Origin: Chthoniobacterales bacterium
GTDB lineage: Bacteria > Verrucomicrobiota > Verrucomicrobiia > Chthoniobacterales > UBA10450
DNA length: 64,000 nucleotides
Reading direction: 5' to 3'
Assembly: GCA_038232335.1 (NCBI GenBank)
Contig: JBBSIA010000019.1
Span: 3,131 to 67,130 of the forward strand
Position numbers and translations under genes: made by a program
Notes under the pieces: generated by a model
What the model was told of the DNA's origin: nothing
The model's database searches: none
Seen by the model: the letters and a program-made list of their open reading frames with translations, nothing else
Shown: piece by piece, positions 9,557-18,375 of the stretch
Layout: the number at the start of each line of letters is the position of its first letter
Numbering within the stretch: the first letter of the stretch is position 1

Positions 9557-9907
9557 ACTGACGAAAGCAAGAATGATCATGGCGAAAACTGCTCGCGAAA
9601 GCGCCCTGCTAAGGCAGCATGCGCCGATTCCAAAGCGCTTGCGCGCGCGGTCTCAAGGCTATTGGTCACGTAAGGCTGCAGGCGCACCGTAGAATCGGTC
9701 GCGTTGGTTCGGTTATGTATTCTTTATTGCACCTAACTTCGTGCAGATCACCTCCAGACCTTGCGAACCAGATTCGCGAACGTTTTGCGCCAACGATCAC
9801 GTTGATGTCGCGTCGCAGTTAAAAAAATGGCTAAGAGCCCTCTTTCACAGAGAGGCATTGACAAACAGACCTTGAAACCGTCGATTCACTTGACCTGAGG
9901 TGACCGG

Positions 9908-10354
9908 ATGCGAGCCGCGGCCATCTCCGGGATTCTTTGTCTATCGGGAATGAGTGCACTCATTTTCGAAACCTTGTGGCTGCGTGTGGCCGGATTGGCC
10001 TTCGGCAACTCGATATCGGCTGCGGCAATTATCCTTTCGAGTTTTATGACCGGTCTGGCTATCGGTGGGGCAATCGCATCCGTGGTTAAGCTGGGACGGT
10101 GGCGTCCTCTGCGTCTTTACTGTTCCCTGGAGGCAACGGTTGCTATTTTGGGTTGCACGCTGGTCTTTGCTATTCCTTTCCTTGGCGCTGGCATGCGTCC
10201 GTTGTTCCAGTTGCTTTGGGATCATCAAACTGCACTTAATGCTCTGCGCTTCTCCTTCTCGTTCTTGATTCTGCTCGCGCCAAGCACAGCCATGGGCCTC
10301 ACGTTACCGGTCTTAGTGGAAGATTCAGTCCTGCAGCCGAAGGCTTTTAATTAA
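9908..10354 (+). CDS. Fused membrane/spermidine-synthase-like protein, N-terminal membrane fragment ending at an in-frame TAA
   Basis: The 148-aa ORF has about 4 transmembrane helices (LIFETLWLRVAGLAFGNSISAAAIILSSFMTGLAIGG). It stops at TAA 10352-10354, and the next ORF starts at 10355 in the same frame. Confidence 0.75.
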   Translation: MRAAAISGILCLSGMSALIFETLWLRVAGLAFGNSISAAAIILSSFMTGLAIGGAIASVVKLGRWRPLRLYCSLEATVAILGCTLVFAIPFLGAGMRPLFQLLWDHQTALNALRFSFSFLILLAPSTAMGLTLPVLVEDSVLQPKAFN

Positions 10355-12739
10355 GTGCTCGGTTTGCTTTACGGATTCAATACACTAGGCGCGGTTGCCG
10401 GAACGTTGCTTACGGAGGGCTATTTGGTGCGAGTTTGTGGGCTTTTCGGCACCGGGCTGGTTGCCGGTTTCATTAGCATTATCGCAGCAGCGAGCGCGTG
10501 GGTTATCGCGCGAAATGCCGGGGCGGCTAGAAATTCAAGTCCGGGTGAACCTATTGCGCGAGTCTCGCGGGTCGATCGCCCGCTGCCGTGGCGTCTGCTT
10601 TTCATCAGCCTTTTGACGGGAATGATAATCCTTTGTCTCGAGGTGGTGTGGTTCCGTCTCCTGCATTTGTATGTCGCTTCCACCGCCACGGCATTTTCCG
10701 TGATGCTGGCGATCGTCTTCGCTGGAATCGGGCTCGGCGGGATTAGCGCAGGGGCAGTGCCCCCGCGAATGGCACGGTCTTCCGGATTTCTGCCCGCGCT
10801 TTTGTTATCCTCGGCGGGAACAACTCTGATCTCGTATTGGCTCTATCCAGCATCGACCGCCCACGGGAACAACCTTTTGCACAATCTTGACTCCTGGAAG
10901 CAAATCGCATGGCTGGCGTTCTCACTCACGTTTCCCGTCGCCTTTCTCTCCGGTATGCTCCTTCCGTCGATCGCGGCTCGAGTCCAGGAGAGTGTCGGAA
11001 ACCGGACGAAGAGCACTGGCTTAACGACTTTATTTAACACCGCGGGCGCGGCGATCGGACCCCTCCTCGCCAGTTTTCTCTTTTTGCCAGCAATCGGTTT
11101 CCAATGGACGCTGATTGTTTGTGCGGTGAGCTACGCGCTGCTCGCCGTTTTGGTGAATTATCGTGCAGCGTGGGCGGTAAGAAGGCGGGGCTGGGTCACG
11201 GCGTCACTGCTCGGCCTTGGCGCGATTTTCGCATTCATCGTCGTTTGTTTTCCTTACAGGGATAACACGCACTTCGCCAGTGCCCGTCGTCCGTACGAAG
11301 TGGATGGCTCACGACTGGTGCGCAAGGTAGAGTCGTCGGCGGATACATTGCAGTTGCTGCGACGCGACCTGTTTGGCCAACCATATTACTATCGCTTGGT
11401 CACAAACGGTTTTTCAATGTCCGGAACTGCGCCCAGCAACCAGCGATATATGCGCCTCTTTGCCTATCTGCCACTAGCGCTCCGGCCGGAATCGCAAGAT
11501 GTGCTGCAGCTATGTTATGGAGTTGGTGTTACGGCCGATGCCTTTGTCCACGATCACCGTCTAAAACGGATCGATATCGTTGACACATCGCATGAGGTTT
11601 TTGATTTGGCTATAGATTCTGGCCGGGGTTATCCAGACCCTTTGCGCGATCCTCGTGTCAGAACCTTCATCCAGGATGGGCGTTTTTTTCTCCAGGCGAG
11701 CCCAAGGAAGTACGACATCATCACAGGCGAGCCACCGCCTTTGAAAGTAGCTGGGACCGTGAATCTCTATACGAAGGAGTTTTTTTCTTTAATGCGGAGT
11801 CAGTTGAAACAGGGTGGTATGGCGAGTTTCTGGCTGCCGATTTATCAGCTCAAGGTCGAGGAAACGAAATTAATTCTGGCCGCGTTTCACGCCGCGTTTC
11901 CAAATGCATCAGTCTGGGGGAGCTCGGATGATGAATGGATTATGTTGGGAATCAACGGGGCCGGGCCGGCACTCAGCTCCAAAGAGGTCGGATACCTTTG
12001 GAGGGATCCCTCCATGCGAGAAGACTTAATTTCTGTTGGCATGGAGATTCCGGAACAGCTGGCGGCTTTATTCCTAATGGACGGCGCAGAAATCGATAGA
12101 ATCACGCAAGGGGTTAAGCCACTGAGCGATTGGTATCCGAAGCTTCTGAGCGATGTGGCTCCCGATCCCAAGATCACTCAACAATTCGCCTACCCGTATA
12201 TTGAGGCATCGTCGGCGTTTCGCGAGTTTCGGACGTCTGCGCTTATCGCCAAAATTTGGCCCGAACCAAACAGCGACGCGCTTATGGCTTCGTTTCTCGT
12301 GCGCGAAATGCGGTACCGTTCTCGCCTTTCAGGGAGCAATTGGCTGGCCGAGCTTGACTTCTACCTGCGCCACTCATCGCTTCGAACGCCGATTTTGGAG
12401 GTCTTAAAGAGCGACGAATTTCGTGTGGCAATTGCTGAACGATCCATTCAAAAATCCGAACCAGCGATCGCCCAGGCGCTTCCAGACCTTGTGGCGGGAG
12501 CACTTGCTCGGCGCGATTTGACCCGCGCAATTACCCTACTGGAAAGCGAGCAAGATCAACGCTTTGACAATCTCAACCATTTCTTCCTACTCACTTATCT
12601 TTACTGCTTGAATGGCAAAGTAGAGAAAGCGGAAACACTGGCCGCCGCCCATGCCGCTTTGATTCAGGAAGACTGGTTTGTTCATTGGCTTTGGGGGGAC
12701 TTACAGGCCGAGTTCGGGTTCCGGCCTCCTCGGAGCTGA
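10355..12739 (+). CDS. Fused membrane/spermidine-synthase-like protein, C-terminal part (TM helices + SpeE-like methyltransferase fold + helical repeat tail)
   Basis: LGLLYGFNTLGAVAGTLLTEGYL continues the transmembrane domain. A spermidine-synthase-like core follows (VLQLCYGVGVTADAFVHDHRLKRIDIVDTSHEVFDLA...FIQDGRFFLQASPRKYDIITGEPPPLKVAGTVNLYTKEFF). The GTG start immediately follows the in-frame TAA. Confidence 0.85.
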   Translation: MLGLLYGFNTLGAVAGTLLTEGYLVRVCGLFGTGLVAGFISIIAAASAWVIARNAGAARNSSPGEPIARVSRVDRPLPWRLLFISLLTGMIILCLEVVWFRLLHLYVASTATAFSVMLAIVFAGIGLGGISAGAVPPRMARSSGFLPALLLSSAGTTLISYWLYPASTAHGNNLLHNLDSWKQIAWLAFSLTFPVAFLSGMLLPSIAARVQESVGNRTKSTGLTTLFNTAGAAIGPLLASFLFLPAIGFQWTLIVCAVSYALLAVLVNYRAAWAVRRRGWVTASLLGLGAIFAFIVVCFPYRDNTHFASARRPYEVDGSRLVRKVESSADTLQLLRRDLFGQPYYYRLVTNGFSMSGTAPSNQRYMRLFAYLPLALRPESQDVLQLCYGVGVTADAFVHDHRLKRIDIVDTSHEVFDLAIDSGRGYPDPLRDPRVRTFIQDGRFFLQASPRKYDIITGEPPPLKVAGTVNLYTKEFFSLMRSQLKQGGMASFWLPIYQLKVEETKLILAAFHAAFPNASVWGSSDDEWIMLGINGAGPALSSKEVGYLWRDPSMREDLISVGMEIPEQLAALFLMDGAEIDRITQGVKPLSDWYPKLLSDVAPDPKITQQFAYPYIEASSAFREFRTSALIAKIWPEPNSDALMASFLVREMRYRSRLSGSNWLAELDFYLRHSSLRTPILEVLKSDEFRVAIAERSIQKSEPAIAQALPDLVAGALARRDLTRAITLLESEQDQRFDNLNHFFLLTYLYCLNGKVEKAETLAAAHAALIQEDWFVHWLWGDLQAEFGFRPPRS
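10357..10508 (+). repeat. Direct repeat copy A (inside the spermidine-synthase-like gene)
   Basis: Hand alignment with 12771-12921 gives about 80% identity over the first ~110 nt and weaker identity to ~150 nt. The peptides are LGLLYGFNTLGAVAGTLLTEGYL...AAASAWVIARN versus LSFALWFYTLGAVAGTLLTEACL...ASASAWLMRKS. Confidence 0.7.
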
Positions 12740-12770
12740 GTCACCTTCGGGCCAGGCAGAGACTCTACCG

Positions 12771-12921
12771 GCTCTCGTTTGCTTTATGGTTCTATACGTT
12801 AGGCGCAGTTGCCGGAACATTGCTTACCGAGGCCTGTCTTTGTGCGAGCTTATGGGCTTTTCCGCATCGCGCTGACTGCCGGTCTGCTCCGTCTTACGCG
12901 TCAGCGAGTGCGTGGCTTATG
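12771..12921 (+). repeat. Direct repeat copy B (truncated, diverged duplicate of 10357-10508 just past the gene stop)
   Basis: See copy A. It starts 32 nt after the stop at 12739 and fades out before the convergent permease gene. Confidence 0.7.
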
Positions 12922-13042
12922 AGGAAGAGTGAGTGGGGCGGCCGGCCGAGAAGAGTTGCGGATGTAAAGAATCGGCAAGTTGGAAACTTGCCCCACGTAG
13001 TCGGCGGCGTTAAAAGCGGCGTCTGGGAACGCACGATCCCGT

Positions 13043-13900
13043 TCAATCCACTCTCATTGGCCCACCCCGCCTGTCGTTCCGGTGGCGGAAACGCGCCGGG
13101 CGCAGGAGACTGAGGGCTGAGACAATGATCAGCAGCACGCCGAAAGTGCAGACGATCGCGGCGCCCGATGGGAGATCCCACCAGAATGAAAAGAAGAGCC
13201 CGCCGATGCCGCCGACGAGCGCGATTACCCAACCAACGAGAAGACGGCGGCTGAGCCTGCTCGCGAGATTAATGCCGCAAACCGCCGGCACAATCAGGTA
13301 ACTGAAAACCAGGAGCACTCCGGCGATGCGCACGAAGCTGGTCACCACAAGACCAAAAGCGGCGTAGAAAAGAAAGTCCCACCAGCGGACGCGCAGTCCC
13401 TTTTCGTAGGCGCCATCGCGATTGTAGGAAACGAGCAGAAAATTTTTTCGGAGCACAAAATGGAGAATTCCGACCGCCGCAAAAAGCCCAAAGCAGATCC
13501 AGACATCAGCCGGCGAAACCAGCAGAATGTTCCCAACCAGCATCTGCTTGATTTCCTCGTCGCCTTCGGCCGCGCGGCTAAGCAGCAGGACCGCCGCCGC
13601 CGCCGCCACCACGTAGGCGATTCCGATGATGGCTTCCTGCGGAATCTGGCTCGTGCGCTTCCCCGTTAACGAAAAAATTGCAGCACCAAATAAAGTAAAA
13701 CCGAGCGCGATCGCGAAGGTCGCGGGGCTGTGCAAATCGATGCGGAAGAGCAATGCGACGCAAATGCCTAACGACGCCATCTGGGCCATCGCGATGTCGA
13801 TAAAAATAATCCCCCGCTGGACGACATGCAGACCGAGATAAACCAGCAGCCACGGCAACAGCACGCAGGCGACGATCGGCCAGAACATTACATCCCACAT
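13043..13900 (-). CDS. Metal ABC transporter permease (ZnuB/TroC/MntB, ABC-3 family)
   Basis: The 285-aa polytopic protein GLHVVQRGIIFIDIAMAQMASLG...AIIGIAYVVAAAAAVLLLS...GNILLVSPADV fits the ABC-3 permease pattern. Confidence 0.9.
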   Translation of the reverse strand: MWDVMFWPIVACVLLPWLLVYLGLHVVQRGIIFIDIAMAQMASLGICVALLFRIDLHSPATFAIALGFTLFGAAIFSLTGKRTSQIPQEAIIGIAYVVAAAAAVLLLSRAAEGDEEIKQMLVGNILLVSPADVWICFGLFAAVGILHFVLRKNFLLVSYNRDGAYEKGLRVRWWDFLFYAAFGLVVTSFVRIAGVLLVFSYLIVPAVCGINLASRLSRRLLVGWVIALVGGIGGLFFSFWWDLPSGAAIVCTFGVLLIIVSALSLLRPARFRHRNDRRGGPMRVD

Positions 13901-14007
13901 CTGTCAGACCTGTGAATTGGTGGAGCAACGTTCCGCGCAAGGTGGCCGAGCGCACCACCAGGTTCGATGGGGTCTCACCCTGTCGCTGAGAAAAAGGCGC
14001 GCGCGCA

Positions 14008-14907
14008 TTATTTCATCGCGGCCGCGAGACGCGCGACGAGCACGTCCATTAACTTTACGTAGCTTTCCGTGTTCGGAAATGCGCCGGGATATTGCGCGAA
14101 ATCCACGACCTTCGCCCCAGTCGCGCTGGCGACTTTCTCGGCAATTTTTCGGTCGTGAAACGGCTCCACGATGATGGCCTTGATCTTCTGCGCCTTGATC
14201 TGCTCGATCACTTCCGCAAGATGCGAAGGCGACGGTGGAATGCCCGGTTTCGGTTCAAGGAAAATGTCGATACCGATGCCGTATCGATGAGCGAAGTATG
14301 GCCAGGAGTCGTGGTAGGCGACAACTTTCTGGCCTTTGAACGGCAGCATGGCAGTGCCCCATTCCTGCAGCTTCGCGTTGATCGTCGCTTCGAACTTTTT
14401 CGCGTTGGCGTCGTAGAATGCGGCGTTCGGCGGGTCCACCGCCCCGAAAGCTTGCGCGATGTGCTGCGCGACGGCCTTCGCGATGATCGGATCGGTCATG
14501 TAATGCGGATTGCCAAGCGCATGCACGTCACCTGCGGCGCGGGTGACGTTTGCCGGCACGTTCATTAAGCGGACTCCCTGCGACGCCTGCACGCGGCCCG
14601 GTTTGCCGACCTCGATCTTCGGATTGCGTGCATTCTGCAGGAGAGGCGGAAGCCAGCCGATTTCGAGTTCGGCGCCGCCTTCGATCAACACGTCCGCGTT
14701 CCGGAGTTGGACGACAAAGCTGGGACGCGCGTCAACGAAGTGCGGATCCTCGGTCGGCTTCGCCATCGCGGTGACGTCGACCTTGTCGCCGCCGATTTCG
14801 CGCGCAATCGAGGCGAAATCGGGCAGCGTCGCGACGACATTGATCTTGGCGTGAACAGGTAGAACAGCCGTCAGAAGGATGGACAGGATTAGTGGGATTT
14901 TTTTCAT
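14008..14907 (-). CDS. Metal ABC transporter substrate-binding protein (ZnuA/TroA family)
   Basis: MKKIPLILSILLTAVLPVHA is a signal peptide. It is followed by KINVVATLPDFASIAREIGGDKVDVTAMAKPTEDPHFVDARPSFVVQLRNADVLIEGGAELE, GNPHYMTDP and AYHDSWPYFAHRYG. The start is set at ATG 14907. Confidence 0.9.
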   Translation of the reverse strand: MKKIPLILSILLTAVLPVHAKINVVATLPDFASIAREIGGDKVDVTAMAKPTEDPHFVDARPSFVVQLRNADVLIEGGAELEIGWLPPLLQNARNPKIEVGKPGRVQASQGVRLMNVPANVTRAAGDVHALGNPHYMTDPIIAKAVAQHIAQAFGAVDPPNAAFYDANAKKFEATINAKLQEWGTAMLPFKGQKVVAYHDSWPYFAHRYGIGIDIFLEPKPGIPPSPSHLAEVIEQIKAQKIKAIIVEPFHDRKIAEKVASATGAKVVDFAQYPGAFPNTESYVKLMDVLVARLAAAMK

Positions 14908-14942
14908 AGGTTTATTGATGGTGGCACGTCCCACTCCGCCAG

Positions 14943-15040
14943 TCCGAGCGAAGTCGAGGGCCGGGCTTTCAATCCCGGAGCGTAATGGATGGGTGGCGCA
15001 GCGGGATCCTTCGACTGCGCTTCGCTCCGCTCAGGATGAC
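14943..15040. repeat. REP-like palindromic intergenic element (family 1)
   Basis: TCCGAGCGAAGTCGAGGG, then the CCGGGCTTTCAATCCCGG hairpin, then GGATCCTTCGACTGCGCTTCGCTCCGCTCAGGATGAC. Related copies lie at 35068, 40675, 45549, 47422 and 57361. Confidence 0.6.
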
Positions 15041-15058
15041 AAGCGGGTAGTTGCGTGA

Positions 15059-16708
15059 TCAAAATTTGTGGGCGCCATGCGCGCCGAGGATGAATTCAAA
15101 TTGGAGGAACACTGAATCGACGTCGCGGCCAGCGAGGAATTGATTCTCCTCGAGAAAATCGTGATTGTATTGCAGACGGAGTTTCGAGAACTCGGTCGGA
15201 TACCAGGTCAAGTTCGCCGAGACGCGCGAGCGCGTCTGCCGCGTGTCATCGTCGGTAAATCTCGAATCCGTCATGTGGAGGTAATCGCCGCGGAGCCCGG
15301 CGGTCCAACCTTTGCGGAATCCCCAGATGACCTGCGAGTACATGCCCCAATCATGAAACGTCTCCGCGACTGGAAACGTTTCGTCGATACCGCGACCTGC
15401 TTCGAAGCGACGATACATCACTTCGCTCTGCCATTTCACAAACGGGAAGCCGCCCTCCGCGCGCGGACTTTTCCATTTATAGAGAAGATCTCCGCCATAA
15501 ATTTGCGTGCGCGAATGTCCGCCGGTTTCGTTCGATCCAAACGCTCCCGACACGCCGAAAAGCACGGTCTGGGTATCGCTAAGATTGAATGAATTCTCGA
15601 GGCGAGGGATGTAAACGAAATCCTGCAGCCCGCGCGCTTCGCGATCAGTCGTCCGGCGACCGAAGAAAATTCCATCCTCGCCCGGATTGCGGAACGAAAA
15701 ACCCGTATTCCCGCGACCATTTTGAGCGGCGACGATGAATTGCGAATACCATGGAACGGGCAATGTCCATGAAACCTGCGCGCCCACGCCGCGGAGCCCA
15801 TCGCTGCCAAGCAAACGACCGTGAACCAGCGAGTCGTCGGCAAAATCCCACGTGTGGGGATGCATCGCGTTCAAGCGGCCGAAAGCGGTGAAGAATTGCC
15901 CCGCCTTCACCTGCAGGCCGGAAGGCAAACCGGTGGTCTGCATGAACGCTTCCTCCACCTCGATTTCGGTTTCGTTGTCGTTATCGAGTTTGAAAACAAT
16001 GTTGGCGAAGCCTTCGAAGTAAGGATCGACCGCGCCGTCGAGCGCCAGCTCGATATTGCGCGCGTTAAATCCACGCTGTTGCGGATCGTGGTCGCCCACC
16101 TCGATGTGCGAGAGGTCTCGCGCGCTCGAGCCGGCAAGCGAGAACTGCCCATCGAACGAGATGTTCATGTAGTTCTTGCTGCCGCCCCCGCCAACGAGAG
16201 AAATCGGCTGGGTCAGCTCCCCACCCGTGCCCGTCGAAGTGCTGGTCGTGTCCGACGTCGTGGTCACGCTGCTGTCCGAAGTTGGTATTGTAGTCGCGCT
16301 GCCGTTCGCGCTCGCACCGACTGGATTTCCCGCCGACGCGGCGGCCGATGATCCGGAGGAAACGACGGAAGAATCGGAAGTGGGGATGAGTTGCGGCGGG
16401 CTTCCCTCCGGCGGCGGGGCGAGGCCTTTTGCGGTCGACGTCGCCGCGGCTGCCTCCTGCGAAGGCGTGGTGGAAGCTTGGGGCAACTGCGAAGAAGTTC
16501 CGCTGTTTTTCTCGATCGCAGCTTGCTGATCTTTCACCTGTTGCTGCAGCGCCTTTACAGTCTCGGTGAGTGCTTGAACTTCCTGCCGCAGTGCCTCGAC
16601 GTCGGCAGTCCCGGTAGCGGAACCGGCAGGGGCTGACGGTTCAGCCGCATGCGTGCAGAGTGCCGCGATTGCACAAAACGCGACCATTAAGAACATCAAT
16701 CGTTTCAT
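15059..16708 (-). CDS. Outer-membrane beta-barrel protein, porin O/P-like, with N-terminal coiled coil and S/T-rich linker
   Basis: Signal peptide, then a coiled coil (VEALRQEVQALTETVKALQQQVKDQQAAIEK) and about 110 aa of S/T/A/G-rich low-complexity sequence. Alternating beta-strand sequence follows and ends in a C-terminal aromatic residue (...GAHGAHKF). It is co-directional with the ZnuA/ZnuB-like genes. Confidence 0.6.
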   Translation of the reverse strand: MKRLMFLMVAFCAIAALCTHAAEPSAPAGSATGTADVEALRQEVQALTETVKALQQQVKDQQAAIEKNSGTSSQLPQASTTPSQEAAAATSTAKGLAPPPEGSPPQLIPTSDSSVVSSGSSAAASAGNPVGASANGSATTIPTSDSSVTTTSDTTSTSTGTGGELTQPISLVGGGGSKNYMNISFDGQFSLAGSSARDLSHIEVGDHDPQQRGFNARNIELALDGAVDPYFEGFANIVFKLDNDNETEIEVEEAFMQTTGLPSGLQVKAGQFFTAFGRLNAMHPHTWDFADDSLVHGRLLGSDGLRGVGAQVSWTLPVPWYSQFIVAAQNGRGNTGFSFRNPGEDGIFFGRRTTDREARGLQDFVYIPRLENSFNLSDTQTVLFGVSGAFGSNETGGHSRTQIYGGDLLYKWKSPRAEGGFPFVKWQSEVMYRRFEAGRGIDETFPVAETFHDWGMYSQVIWGFRKGWTAGLRGDYLHMTDSRFTDDDTRQTRSRVSANLTWYPTEFSKLRLQYNHDFLEENQFLAGRDVDSVFLQFEFILGAHGAHKF

Positions 16709-16840
16709 TCCATCTCCTGATCAAAATCGGCGGACAGGCTCCGCCTCAACACGAACGACGAGCGGCGTTGCGCGCACATTGGTTTAGCGGCCGGAGAACG
16801 CGCCCGGTTTCGCCATCCGCCGAGGCGGAAAGACCAATGG

Positions 16841-17167
16841 TCAGGAGTTCGTTGGCGGCGCGTGCTCGAGTAACGCGAAGTCGAGCGGCCCGAGCACGAG
16901 AGTAGACTGGCGGGAGATGCCGAGCTCCGTGGTGCGGGGCTGCAACGGTGCTGCCAGAATGGCATCAGGCGAGAAGTGATCGCAGTTGCCGGACGAGATC
17001 AGGGTTGCGGCGCATTCGTGATGGGTGACATCGCTGAGACCGTGCAGCCGTTCGTGCCACTGCGGAGTAGCCGCGAGCGCGAGCGCAAACACGAAGAAGC
17101 AGAGCACCGCTGCTGCGATCGACGCACGCATGGCGCTCGATTGACCGCCGATCGGACGAAGCGCCAT
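16841..17167 (-). CDS. Small membrane-anchored His/Cys-motif protein (possibly DUF2946-like)
   Basis: MRASIAAAVLCFFVFALALAATPQWHERLHGLSDVTHHECAATLISSGNCD has one transmembrane helix followed by a WHERLH...HHEC...C motif. The likely start is the ATG at 17131. It heads the metal-uptake gene string. Confidence 0.4.
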   Translation of the reverse strand: MALRPIGGQSSAMRASIAAAVLCFFVFALALAATPQWHERLHGLSDVTHHECAATLISSGNCDHFSPDAILAAPLQPRTTELGISRQSTLVLGPLDFALLEHAPPTNS

Positions 17168-17259
17168 GCGGACGAATTGTGGCGGGTACCTATGAAATCC
17201 GCAACCCCGGATTTACGCTCAAACCTATTTGCTTGCTCCGTATCATATGAAGTGATAAT

Positions 17260-17778
17260 TTGATTCAAATGAAGACATCCGCCCCGGCCAGGAAACAGGT
17301 TCCGATTCCCACTTCCGTATCCAGCGGCGGAGGGAAAACAAAACCGGCTGGTTCGTCGAAGGGAGTCGTTGCACTGCAACTGCGGCGCCCTGCACCGGAG
17401 AGCAAGGCGGGTGCAAATGAACTCGTATCGGTCGTGCGCGCAGGGCTGGAGTTTGTCGAATTGGAGGCGTTGCGCGCGCAGTTTGATTTTCCAATGGAGC
17501 AGCTCGCGACAAAACTCGGCATCTCCCGGGCCACCCTTCACCGGCGCAAAATTTCAGGGCGGCTGGCGCCGGATGAGTCCGACAAAGTGGTCCGGTTCGC
17601 GCGGCTGCTCGGACACGCGGTCGATGTGTTTGGAAGTGTCGAAGAGGCGCGGCAGTGGCTCTCCTTTCAGCAGCGCGGCCTCGGCGGAGCGGTGCCGCTC
17701 GAGTACGCGCGCAGCGAGGTGGGCGCGCGTGAAGTGGAGAACTTGCTGGGCCGCATCCAATACGGTGTTTATTCCTGA
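17260..17778 (+). CDS. Xre/MbcA/ParS-type antitoxin (DUF2384) of a RES-Xre pair
   Basis: MEQLATKLGISRATLHRRKISGRLAPDESDKVVRFARLLGHAVDVFGSVEEARQWLSFQQRGLGGAVPLEYARSEVGAREVENLLGRIQYGVYS fits the family. The start is uncertain: TTG 17260 or ATG 17269. Confidence 0.85.
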   Translation: MIQMKTSAPARKQVPIPTSVSSGGGKTKPAGSSKGVVALQLRRPAPESKAGANELVSVVRAGLEFVELEALRAQFDFPMEQLATKLGISRATLHRRKISGRLAPDESDKVVRFARLLGHAVDVFGSVEEARQWLSFQQRGLGGAVPLEYARSEVGAREVENLLGRIQYGVYS

Positions 17779-18242
17779 TGCCCTCCGGCTGGCGGATCGA
17801 CCACGCGAGCCGCGCGGGAACCGTTTTCAGCGGCGAAGGAGCCCGCCGCTATGGTGGTCGCTGGAATTCTCCGGGCGTCAGGATCGTTTACCTCAGTGAG
17901 CATCAGTCGCTCGCTGCGCTCGAAATTTTCATTCACACCCGCCCGCTTTCGCCGCGCGGATCGTATCTCGGTTACCTCGCTGAATGGGACGAAGCGCTCC
18001 TGGAGACGCTGCCGGCAAAAAAATTGCCGCCGAATTGGCGGGCCTCGCCGCCGGGATTGGTCACGATGGCGGTGGGCGACGTCTGGGTGAAGGCCGCGCG
18101 CTCGGCAGTGTTGGCGGTGCCGAGCGCGATCGTTCCCGCGGAACGTAATTTCCTCTTCAATCCTGCGCACCCGGAGTTCCAACGAATTCGGATCCACAAG
18201 CCGATCGCATTCTCGTTCGACGCCCGGATGCTGAATCGCTGA
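17778..18242 (+). CDS. RES-domain toxin (MbcT-like)
   Basis: GEGARRYGGRWNSPGVRIVYLSEHQSLAALEIFIH...AVLAVPSAIVPAERNFLFNPAHPEF carries the R-E-S signature residues. Its start overlaps the antitoxin stop. Confidence 0.85.
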   Translation: MPSGWRIDHASRAGTVFSGEGARRYGGRWNSPGVRIVYLSEHQSLAALEIFIHTRPLSPRGSYLGYLAEWDEALLETLPAKKLPPNWRASPPGLVTMAVGDVWVKAARSAVLAVPSAIVPAERNFLFNPAHPEFQRIRIHKPIAFSFDARMLNR

Positions 18243-18375
18243 CACCACTGGAATTTGGCCTCGAGTCACAACGCGGCTGAATGACGAGCGAAAGTATCGG
18301 ATCATTCACGATTGAGACCTTTGGCGATTGCGCCAGAATTGCTCAGTCCGCTTCCCTGCGCGATGCCTGACTGCC

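Noticed and set aside
17253-17267. Fur/Zur-box-like TGATAATTTGATTCA in the divergent region between the metal-uptake string and the RES-Xre pair.
   Set aside because: Only the left half matches the 7-1-7 consensus. It overlaps the antitoxin start codon region, so a TA operator or chance is as likely.
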